Below, piece after piece: positions 13,901-25,600 of a stretch of DNA of 64,000 bases. Source of the stretch: Isurus oxyrinchus. Its lineage: Eukaryota. The stretch is from contig JANJGN010000163.1 in the NCBI GenBank assembly GCA_026770705.1, positions 186,001 to 250,000 on the forward strand. The letters are read 5' to 3'. A model generated the notes under the pieces. The model saw only the letters and a program-made list of their open reading frames with translations. It did no database searches and was not told the DNA's origin. Position 1 is the first letter of the stretch. Each line of letters begins with the position of its first letter. The translations under genes and the position numbers were made by a program.

Positions 13901-15174
13901 TGGACACTCCATGTGTCACTACTGAACTCTCCATGTGTCACTACTGGACACTCCATGTGTCACTACTGAACTCTCCATGTGTCACTACTGGACACTCCAT
14001 GTGTCACTACTGAATTCTGCATATGTCACTACAGGAAACTCCATGTGTCACTACCGGACACTCCATGTGTCACTACTGGACACTCCATGTGTCACTACTG
14101 AACTCTCCATGTGTCACTACCGGACACTCCATGTGTCACTACTGAACTCTCGATGTGTCACTACTGAACTCTGCATGTGTCACTACTGAACTCTCATGTG
14201 TCACTACTAGACACACCATGTGTCACTACTGAACTCTCCATGTGCCACTACCGGACACTCCATGTGTCACTACTCGACACTCCATGTGCCACTACTGAAC
14301 TCTCCATGTGTCACTATTCGACACTCCATGTGTCACTACTGAACTCTCCATGTGTCACTACTGGACACTCCATGTGTCACTACTGAATTCTCCATGTGTC
14401 ACTACTGAACTCTCCATGTGTCACTACTGGACACTCCATGTGTCACTACTGAACTCTCCATGTGTCACTACTGGACACTCCATGTGTCACTACTGAACTC
14501 TGCATATGTCACTACAGGACACTCCATGTGTCACTACCGGACACTCCATGTGTCACTACTGGACAATCCATGTGTCACTACTGAACTCTCTATGTGTCAC
14601 TACCGGTCACTCCATGTGTCACTACCGGACACTCCATGTGTCACTACTCGACACTCCATGTGTCACTACTGCACTCTCCATGTGCCACTACTGGACACTC
14701 CATGTGTCACTACTGAATTCTCCATGTGTCACTACTCGTCACTCCATGTGTCACTACTGAACTCTCCATGTGTCACTACTGGACACTCCATGTGTCACTA
14801 CTGAACTCTCCATGAGTCACTACTGAACTCTCCATGTGTCACTACTGGACATTCCATGTGTCACTACTGAACTCTCCATGTGTCACTACTGGACACTCCA
14901 TGTGTCACTACTGAACTCTCCATGTGTCACTACTGGACACTCCATGTGTCACTACTGAATTCTGCATATGTCACTACTGAACTCTCCATGTGCCACTACC
15001 GGACACTCCATGTGTCACTACTCGACTCTCCATGTGCCACTACTGAACTCTCCATGTGTCACTACTCGACACTCCATGTGCCACTACTGAACTCTCCATG
15101 TGTCACTACTGGACACTCCATGTGTCACTATGGACACTCCATGTGTCACTACTGGACACTCCATGTGTCACTAT
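7969..15174. repeat. 22-bp minisatellite, ~325 copies, CCATGTGTCACTACT followed by GAACTCT / GGACACT / CGACACT
   Basis: Directly visible. Two major and several minor unit variants are interspersed, with occasional 1-3 nt deletions. Confidence 0.98.
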
Positions 15175-15404
15175 TACCGGGAACAACACCCTTCCCGAGT
15201 GACCATCTCTTTTGGGGGGGGGGGGGGTGGGGGGGACATGAGACGGGTCCGTCCCCTCAGCTGTTGGAAAGTGACCCCATAGTCCCTGTTGTTGTTGATG
15301 GGGAGGGGGAACAGCAGGGAGCTCCCCTGCGCCCTTTGCAAACTTCTGAAACCGACCAGCACCCTTTCAGCAAAGAAATAAATCCCCAAATCTATTGCCC
15401 CCTA

Positions 15405-15545
15405 ATGGTATTTGCTGTCTGGAATCTTGCTGCCTGCAATTTGGCGCTGGCCTTATCCGCAGTGCCTGCTCTTTGAGAATAGAAACAGCCTTTTGGGTGG
15501 GAAGCGCTTTGGAAAAGGCCTGAGGCTTTAATTTGTCTCTTTCCA
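15405..15545 (+). mobile_element. Decayed Deu-domain SINE-like fragment in the intron
   Basis: ttgctgtctggaatcttgctgcctgcaatttggc ... aagcgctttgg ... cctgagg resembles the DeuSINE core and tail (gatcttgctgtgcgcaaattggc ... aagcgctttggg) as I recall it. Confidence 0.45.
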
Positions 15546-15608
15546 GGCACCCCTCCTTCATAGCAGCAGGACTGGAAATGTGAACCTGCTCCATGTTCCA
15601 CTCCACAG

Positions 15609-15903
15609 GAATTCTGGCCTCTTATGTGGAGCAGTTCCCTTCTACCGAGTCTCTGTCAGCAGGAGAATCCACAACCCTCGAGTGCACTCTGAGCAGTACT
15701 GCATCTCGCTCCATGTCCTGGTACACACAACAGGCAGATCGGGCAACGGAAGGTCTGTTCTATTCTGCTGGGAAAGATATGGTGACAAATGACACCGCCG
15801 ACTCTCTGAGCACCAACAGGCCCAGCGATACCCTGTTTACCCTGGAATTGAGAGGCGCCTCTCTCTCTCACGCCGCTCTCTACGTCTGTGCTTGTAGTTA
15901 TTG
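15609..15903 (+). CDS. TRBV: T-cell receptor beta variable exon (germline V segment, TRBV30-like), open frame
   Basis: ILASYVEQFPSTESLSAGESTTLECTLSSTASRSMSWYTQQADRATEGLFYSAGKDMVTNDTADSLSTNRPSDTLFTLELRGASLSHAALYVCACSY. It has Ig V-set Cys23, Trp41 (WYxQ) and YxC104, plus LFYS and RP motifs. Phase-1 acceptor upstream, RSS immediately downstream. Confidence 0.9.
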
Positions 15904-15942
15904 CACAGCCAGTGAGAAAGCGGATCTGCAGGCACAAAAACC
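15904..15942 (+). other. 23-bp-spacer recombination signal sequence
   Basis: Heptamer CACAGCC (15904-15910), 23-nt spacer (15911-15933), perfect nonamer ACAAAAACC (15934-15942). Confidence 0.95.
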
Positions 15943-15991
15943 CGCATCGCATCGGTGGCCGGTTAGGGCTCATTTTCCCACCTCCCCTCCC

Positions 15992-16126
15992 NNNNNNNNN
16001 NNNNNNNNNNNNNNNNNNNNNNNNNNNNNNNNNNNNNNNNNNNNNNNNNNNNNNNNNNNNNNNNNNNNNNNNNNNNNNNNNNNNNNNNNNNNNNNNNNNN
16101 NNNNNNNNNNNNNNNNNNNNNNNNNN
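15992..16126. other. Assembly gap / masked run of 135 N
   Basis: Run of n flanked by C-rich sequence. Confidence 0.99.
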
Positions 16127-16500
16127 TCAGACTCCCCCCTCTCCTCGCACCCCCTCCCCCTCCCGTACCCCTCCCCTCCCGCCTCACCACACCCCCTCTC
16201 CCCCTCCCCCCTACCCCTCCTCCCCCTTTCCTCCCCGGTGCCAGCAGCGGATCATCGTTCAGGGCAAGTTTCCTTCCCAACAGGAGCTTGGAAACCACAG
16301 AATGAGACAGGGAGTGAATAAGCCCATCGTGTCCAGGCTGCTCCACACGGTGCCTGGAGAGAACTGCTCAGTAAATCACACACCCCACCCCCCTCCCCCT
16401 CCGCCAATCACCCTCCCCCCACTCCTCCCCCTCCCCTCCCCCTACCCCCACCTCACCTCCCCCACCTCCTCCCCTCCCCCTCCCCTAAACCCTCCCTGAA
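16127..16500. repeat. C-rich low-complexity tracts (G-quadruplex potential on the minus strand)
   Basis: Dense C3-C5 runs at ~16130-16240 and ~16380-16500. Confidence 0.8.
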
Positions 16501-16667
16501 CCTTCCAACGGTTTTCCTCCATAGATCCACTCTTTTATCTTTCTGCAGCTATTCACCAATCTTGTTCCCAACAGCGGTGCGTTCAAGGTCACGGAAATCA
16601 TGACAGGTCCTGGCTCAGAATAGACATTTCCCCTTCTCCCTACCACCCCCACCCTCCACTGCTGCGG

Positions 16668-19600
16668 AGATATCAGACTTGGGATGTCAACCTGGAATTG
16701 ACAATCTCATTAGATATCAAACTTGGGATGTCAACCTGGAAATGAAAATCTAATTAGATATCAGACTTGGGATGTCAACCTGGAATTGACAATCTAATTA
16801 GATATCAGACTTGGGATGTCAACCTGGAATTGACAATCTAATTAGATATCAGACTTGGGATGTCAACTTGGAATTGACAATCTAATTAGATATCAGACTT
16901 GGGATGTCAACCTGGAATTGACAATCTCATTAGATATCAGACTTGGGATGTCAACCTGGAATTGACAATCTAATTAGATATCAGACTTGGGATGTCAACC
17001 TGGAATTGACAATCTAATTAGCTTTTACACTTGGGATATCAACCTGGAATTGACAATCTAATTAGATATCAAACTTGGGATGTCAACCTGGAATTGACAA
17101 TCTAATTAGATATCAGACTTGGGATGTCAACCTGGAATTGACAATCTAATTAGATATCAGACTTGGGATGTCAACCTGGAATTGACAATCTAATTAGATA
17201 TCAGACTTTGGATGTCAACCTGGAATTGACAATCTAATTAGATATCAGACTTGGGATGTCAACCTGGAATAGACAATCTAATTAGAAATCAGACTTGGGA
17301 TGTCAACTTAGAATTGACAATCTAATTAGATATCAGACTTGGGATGTCAACCTGGAATTGACAATCTAATTAGTTATCAGACTTGGGATGTCAACTTGGA
17401 ATTGACAATCTAATTAGATATCAGACTTGGGATGTCAACCTGGAATTGACAATCTAATTAGATATCAGACTTGGGATGTCAACTTGGAATTGACAATCTA
17501 ATTAGATATCAGACTTGGGATGTCAACCTGGATTTGACAATCAAATTAGATATCAGACTTGGGATGTCAATCTGGAATTGACAATCTAATTAGATATCAG
17601 ACTTGGGATGTCAACCTGGAATTGACAATCTAATTAGATATCAGACTTGGGATGTCGACTTGGAATTGACAATCTAATTAGATATCAGACTTGGGATGTC
17701 AATCTGGAATTGACAATCTAATTAGATATCAGACTTGGGATGTCAACCTGGTATTGACAATCTAATTAGATATCAGACTTGGGATGTCAACTTGGAATTG
17801 ACAATCTAATTAGATATCAAACTTGGGATGTCAACCTGGAATTGACAATCTAATTAGATATCAAACTTGGGATGTCAACTTGGAATTGACAATCTAATTA
17901 GATATCAGACTTGGGATGTCAACCTGGAATTGACAATCTAATTAGATATCAAACTTGGGATGTCAACCTGGAATTGACAATCTAATTAGATGTCAGACTT
18001 GGGATGTCAACCTGGAATTGACAATCTCATTAGATATCAGACTTGGGATGTCAACCTGGAATTGACAATCTAATTAGATATCAAACTTGGGATGTCAACC
18101 TGGAATTGACAATCTCATTAGATATCAGACTTGGGATGTCAACCTGGAATTGACAATCTAATTAGATATCAAACTTGGGATGTCAACCTGGAATTGACAA
18201 TCTAATTAGATATCAGACTTGGGATGTCAACCTGGAATTGACAATCTAATTAGATATCACACATGGGATGTCAACCAGGATTTGACAATCTAATTAGATA
18301 TCAGACTTGGGATGTCAACCTGGAATTGACAATCTAATTAGATATCAGACTTGGGATGTCAACCTGGAATTGACAATCTCATTAGATATCAGACTTGGGA
18401 TGTCAACCTGGAATTGACAATCTAATTAGATATCAGACTTGGGATGTCAACTTGGAATTGACAATCTAATTAGATATCAAACTTGGGATGTCAACCTGGA
18501 ATTGACAATCTAATTAGATATCAGACTTGGGATGTCAATCTGGAATTGACAATCTAATTAGATATCAGACTTGGGGTGTCAACTTGGAATTGACAATCTA
18601 ATTAGATATCACACTTGGGATGTCAACCTGGATTTGACAATCTAATTAGATATCAGACTTGGGATGTCAACCTGGAATTGACAATCTAATTAGATATCAG
18701 ACTTGGGATGTCAACCTGGAATTGACAATCTAATTAGATATCAAACTTGGGATGTCAACCTGGAATTGACAATCTAATTAGATATCAGACTTGGGATGTC
18801 AACCTGGAATTGACAATCTAATTAGATATCAGACTTGGGATGTCAATCTGGAATTGACAATCTAATTAGATATCCGACTTGGGGTGTCAACTTGGAATTG
18901 ACAATCTAATTAGATATCAAACTTGGGATGTCAACCTGGAATTGACAATCTAATTAGATATCAAACTTGGGATGTCAACTTGGAATTGACAATCTAATTA
19001 GATATCAAACTTGGGATGTCAACCTGGAATTGACAATCTAATTAGATATCAAACTTGGGATGTCAACCTGGAATTGACAATCTAATTAGATATCAGACTT
19101 GGGATGTCAACCTGGAATTGACAATCTAATTAGATATCAAAATTGGGATGTCAACCTAGAATTGACAATCTAATTAGATATCAGACTTGGGATGTCAACC
19201 TGGAATTGACAATCTAATTAGATATCACACTTGGGATATCAACCTGGAATTGACAATCTAATTAGATATAAGACTTGGGATGTCAACCTGGAATTGACAA
19301 ACTAATTAGATATCAGACTTGGGAAGTCAACCTGGAATTGACAATCTCATTACATATCAGACTTGGGATGTCAACCTGGAATTGACAATCTAATTAGATA
19401 TCAGACTTGGGATGTCAACCTGGAATTGACAATCTAATTAGATATCAGACTTGGGATGTCAACTTGGAATTGACAATCTAATTAGATATCAGACTTGGGA
19501 TGTCAACCTGGAATTGACATTCTAATTAGAAATCAGACTTGGGATGTCAACTTGGAATTGACAATCTAATTAGATATCAGACTTGGGATGTCAACCTTGA

Positions 19601-22600
19601 ATTGACAATCTAATTAGATATCAGAGTTGGGATGTCAACTTGGAATTGACAATCTAATTAGATATCAGACTTGGGATGTCAACCTGGAATTGACAATCTA
19701 ATTAGATATCAGACTTGGGATGTCAACTTGGAATTGACAATCTAATTAGATATCACACTAGGGATGTCAACCTGGATTTGACAATCTAATTAGATATCAG
19801 ACTTGGGATGTCACCTTGGAATTGACAATCTAATTAGATATCAGACTTGGGATGTCAACCTGGAATTGACAATCTAATTAGATATCAGACTTGGGATGTC
19901 GACTTGGAATTGACAATCTAATTAGATATCAGACTTGGGATGTCAACCTGGAATTGACAATCTAATTAGATATCAGACTTGGGATGTCAACCTGGAATTG
20001 ACAATCTAATTAGATATCAAACTTGGGATGTCAACCTGGAATTGACAATCTAATTAGATATCAAACTTGGGATGTCAACTTGGAATTGACAATCTAATTA
20101 GATATCAGACTTGGGATGTCAACTTGGAATTGACAATCTAATTAGATATCAAACTTGGGATGTCAACCTGGAATTGACAATCTAATTAGATATCAGACTT
20201 GGGATGTCAATCTGGAATTGACAATCTAATTAGATATCAGACTTGGGGTGTCAACTTGGAATTGACAATCTAATTAGATATCACACTTGGGATGTCAACC
20301 TGGATTTGACAATCTAATTAGATATCAGACTTGGGATGTCAACCTGGAATTGACAATCTAATTAGATATCAAACTTGGGATGTCAACCTGGAATTGACAA
20401 TCTAATTAGATATCAGACTTGGGATGTCAACCTGGAATTGACAATCTAATTAGATATCACACTTGAGATGTCAATCTGGAATTGACAATCTAATTAGATA
20501 TCCGACTTGGGGTGTCAACTTGGAATTGACAATCTAATTAGATATCAAACTTGGGATGTCAACCTGGAATTGACAATCTAATTAGATATCAAACTTGGGA
20601 TGTCAACTTGGAATTGACAATCTAATTAGATATCAAACTTGGGATGTCAACCTGGAATTGACAATCTAATTAGATATCAAACTTGGGATGTCAACCTGGA
20701 ATTGACAATCTAATTAGATATCAGACTTGGGATGTCAACCTGGAATTGACAATCTAATTAGATATCAAAATTGGGATGTCAACCTAGAATTGACAATCTA
20801 ATTAGATATCAGACTTGGGATGTCAACCTGGAATTGACAATCTAATTAGATATCACACTTGGGATATCAACCTAAAATTGACAATCTAATTAGATATAAG
20901 ACTTGGGATGTCAACCTGGAATTGACAATCTAATTAGATATCAGACTTGGGAAGTCAACCTGGAATTGACAATCTCATTACATATCAGACTTGGGATGTC
21001 AACCTGGAATTGGCAATCTAATTAGCTATCAGACTTGGGATGTCAACCTGGAATTGACAATCTAATTAGATATCAGACTTGGGATGTCAACTTGGAATTG
21101 ACAATCTAATTAGATATCAGACTTGGGATGTCAAACTGGAATTGACAATCTAATTAGAAATCAGACTTGGGATGTCAACTTGGAATTGACAATCTAATTA
21201 GATATCAGACTTGGGATGTCAACCTTGAATTGACAATCTAATTAGATATCAGAGTTGGGATGTCAACTTGGAATTGACAATCTAATTAGATATCAGACTT
21301 GGGATGTCAACCTGGAATTGACAATCTAATTAGATATCAGACTTGGGATGTCAACTTGGAATTGACAATCTAATTAGATATCACACTTGGGATGTCAACC
21401 TGGATTTGACAATCTAATTAGATATCAGACTTGGGATGTCAACTTGGAATTGACAATCTAATTAGATATCAGACTTGGGATGTCAACCTGGAATTGACAA
21501 TCTAATTAGATATCAGACTTGGGATGTCGACTTGGAATTGACAATCTAATTAGATATCAGACTTGGGAAGTCAACCTGGAATTGACAATCTAATTAGATA
21601 TCAGACTTGGGATGTCAACCTGGAATTGACAATCTAATTAGATATCAAACTTGGGATGTCAACCTGGAATTGACAATCTAATTAGATATCAAACTTGGGA
21701 TGTCAACTTGGAATTGACAATCTAATTAGATATCAGACTTGGGATGTCAACTTGGAATTGACAATCTAATTAGATATCAAACTTGGGATGTCAACCTGGA
21801 ATTGACAATCTAATTAGATATCAGACTTGGGATGTCAATCTGGAATTGACAATCTAATTAGATATCAGACTTGGGGTGTCAACTTGGAATTGACAATCTA
21901 ATTAGATATCACACTTGGGATGTCAACCTGGATTTGACAATCTAATTAGATATCAGACTTGGGATGTCAACCTGGAATTGATAATCTAATTAGATATCAA
22001 ACTTGGGATGTCAACCTGGAATTGACAATCTAATTAGATATCAGACTTGGGATGTCAACCTGGAATTGACAATCTAATTAGATATCACACTTGGGATGTC
22101 AACCTGGATTTGACAATCTAATTAGATATCAGACTTGGGATGTCAACCTGGAATTGACAATCTAATTAGATATCAGACTTGGGATGTCAACCTGGAATTG
22201 ACAATCTCATTAGATATCTGACTTGGGATGTCAACCTGGAATTGACAATTTAATTAGATATCAGACTTGGGATGTCAACTTGGAATTGACAATCTAATTA
22301 GATATCAAACTTGGGATGTCAACCTGGAATTGACAATCTAATTAGATATCAGACTTGGGATGTCAATCTGGAATTGACAATCTAATTAGATATCAGACTT
22401 GGGGTGTCAACTTGGAATTGACAATCTAATTAGATATCAAACTTGGGATGTCAACCTGGAATTGACAATCTAATTAGATATCAAACTTGGGATGTCAACT
22501 TGGAATTGACAATCTAATTAGATATCAAACTTGGGATGTCAACCTTGAATTGACAATCTAATTAGATATCAAACTTGGGATGTCAACCTGGAATTGACAA

Positions 22601-25600
22601 TCTAATTAGATATCAGACTTGGGATGTCAACCAGGAATTGACAATCTAATTAGATATCAAAATTGGGATGTCAACCTAGAATTGACACTCTAATTAGATA
22701 TCAGACTTGGGATGTCAACCTGGAATTGACAATCTAATTAGATATCACACTTGGGATATCAACCTGGAATTGACAATCTAATTAGATATCAGACTTGGGA
22801 TGTCAACCTGGAATTGACAATCTAATTAGATATCAGACTTGGGATGTCAACCTGGAATTGACAATCTCATTAGATATCAGACTTGGGATGTCAACCTGGA
22901 ATTGACAATCTCATTAGATATCAGACTTGGGATGTCAACCTGGAATTGACAATCTAATTAGATATCAGACTTGGGATGTCAACTTGGAATTGACAATCTA
23001 ATTAGATATCAGACTTGGCATGTCAACCTGGAATTGACAATCTAATTAGAAATCAGACTTGGGATGTCAACTTGGAATTGACAATCTAATTAGATATCAG
23101 ACTTGGGATGTCAACCTGGAATTGACAATCTAATTAGATATCAGACTTGGGATGTCAACTTGGAATTGACAATCTAATTAGATATCAGACTTGGGATGTC
23201 AACCTGGAATTGACAATCTAATTAGATATCAGACTTGGGATGTCAACTTGGAATTGACAATCTAATTAGATATCACACTTGGGATGTCAACCTGGATTTG
23301 ACAATCTAATTAGATATCAGACTTGGGATGTCAACTTGGAATTGACAATCTAATTAGATATCAGACTTGGGATGTCAACCTGGAATTGACAATCTAATTA
23401 GAAATCAGACTTGGGATGTCGACTTGGAATTGACAATCTAATTAGATATCAGACTTGGGATGTCAATCTGGAATTGACAATCTAATTAGATATCAGACTT
23501 GGGATGTCAACCTGCTATTGACATTCTAATTAGATATCAGACTTGGGATGTCAACTTGGAATTGACAATCTAATTAGATATCAAACTTGGGATGTCAACC
23601 TGGAATTGACAATCTAATTAGATATCAAACTTGGGATGTCAACTTGGAATTGACAATCTAATTAGATATCAGACTTGGGATGTCAACCTGGAATTGACAA
23701 TCTAATTAGATATCAAAATTGGGATGTCAACTTAGAATTGACAATCTAATTAGATATCAGACTTGGGATGTCAACCTGGAATTGACAATCTAATTAGATA
23801 TCACACTTGGGATATCAACCTGGAATTGACAATCTAATTAGATATCAGACTTGGGATGTCAACCTGGAATTGACAATCTAATGAGATATCAGACTTGGGA
23901 TGTCAACCTGGAATTGACAATCTCATTAGATTCCAGACTTGGGATGTCAACCTGGAATTGACAATCTAATTAGATATCAAACTTGGGATGTCAACCTGGA
24001 ATTGACAATCTAATTAGATATCAGACTTGGGATGTCAACCTGGAATTGACAATCTAATTAGATATCACACTTTGGATGTCAACCTGGATTTGACAATCTA
24101 ATTAGATATCAGACTTGGGATGTCAACCTGGAATTGACAATCTAATTAGATATCAGACTTGGGATGTCAACCTGGAATTGACAATCTAATTAGATATCAG
24201 ACTTGGGATGTCAACCTGGAATTGACAATCTAATTAGATATCAGACTTGGGATGTCAACTTGGAATTGACAATCTAATTAGATATCAAACTTGGGATGTC
24301 AACCTGGAATTGACAATCTAATTAGATATCAGACTTGGGATGTCAATCTGGAATTGACAATCTAATTAGATATCAGACTTGGGGTGTCAACTTGGAATTG
24401 ACAATCTAATTAGATATCAAACTTGGGATGTCAACCTGGAATTGACAATCTAATTCGATATCAAACTTGGGATGTCAACTTGGAATTGACAATCTAATTA
24501 GATATCAAACTTGGGATGTCAACCTTGAATTGACAATCTAATTAGATATCAAACTTGGGATGTCAACCTGGAATTGACAATCTAATTAGATATCAGACTT
24601 GGGATGTCAACCTGGAATTGACAATCTAATTAGATATCAAAATTGGGATGTCAACCTAGAATTGACAATCTAATTAGATATCAGACTTGGGATGTCAACC
24701 TGGAATTGACAATCTAATTAGATATCACACTTGGGATATCAACCTGGAATTGACAATCTAATTAGATATCAGACTTGGGATGTCAACCTGGAATTGACAA
24801 TCTCATTAGATATCAGACTTGGGATGTCAACCTGGAATTGACAATCTCATGAGATATCAGACTTGGGATGTCAACCTGGAATTGACAATCTAATTAGATA
24901 TCAGACTTGGGATGTCAACTTGGAATTGACAATCTAATTAGATATCAGACTTGGCATGTCAACCTGGAATTGACAATCTAATTAGAAATCAGACTTGGGA
25001 TGTCAACTTGGAATTGACAATCTAATTAGATATCAGACTTGGGATGTCAACGTGGAATTGACAATCTAATTAGATATCAGACTTGGGATGTCAACTTGGA
25101 ATTGACAATCTAATTAGATATCAGACTTGGGATGTCAACCTGGAATTGACAATCTAATTAGATATCAGACTTGGGATGTCAACTTGGAATTGACAATCTA
25201 ATTAGATATCACACTTGGGATGTCAACCTGGATTTGACAATATAATTAGATATCAGACTTGGGATGTCAACTTGGAATTGGCAATCTAATTAGATATCAG
25301 ACTTGGGATGTCAACCTGGAATTGACAATCTAATTAGATGTCAGACTTGGGATGTCAACCTGGAATTGACAATCTCATTAGATATCAGACTTGGGATGTC
25401 AACCTGGAATTGACAATCTAATTAGATATCACACTTGGGATGTCAACCTGGATTTGACAATCTAATTAGTTATCAAACTTGGGATGTCAACCTGGAATTG
25501 ACAATCTAATTAGATATCAAACTTGGGATGTCAACTTGGAATTGACAATCTAATTAGATATCAGACTTGGGATGTCAACCTGGAATTGACAATCTAATTA

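Larger units (their letters stand above)
7805..15608 (+). other. Leader-V intron, 7804 bp
   Basis: GTATGT ... tgttccactccacAG. Phase-1 junction C|GA. Confidence 0.7.

Noticed and set aside
7969-15174. CACATGG on the minus strand as repeated RSS heptamers
   Set aside because: Only 5/7 match and no A-rich nonamer at either spacing.
8026-15282. Dozens of Cys/His-rich ORFs (MCHYWTLHVSLL...) that look like zinc-binding repeats
   Set aside because: They are translations of a 22-bp non-triplet minisatellite, appear in all three frames and are broken by frequent stops.
15405-15461. Nearby hydrophobic MVFAVWNLAACNLALALSA as the V leader
   Set aside because: The following GT (15462) is a weak phase-0 donor, out of frame with the V exon, and the sequence resembles a SINE remnant. 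The exon at 7756-7804 fits better.
15841-15851. CCTGGAATTGA shared between the V exon and the 44-bp satellite
   Set aside because: An 11-bp match found post hoc that does not extend convincingly; likely coincidence.
16325-16384. D-segment-like geometry: CATCGTG-14 nt-CACGGTG-23-TCACACACC
   Set aside because: No 5' nonamer at 12 or 23 spacing, 3' nonamer only 6/9, and the core is unlike the G-rich D-beta. At most a cryptic RSS.
15593-16499. Long Pro-rich ORFs (242 aa, 203 aa) spanning the gap
   Set aside because: They read through the RSS, Ns and C-rich low-complexity DNA. Only 15609-15903 is supported as coding.
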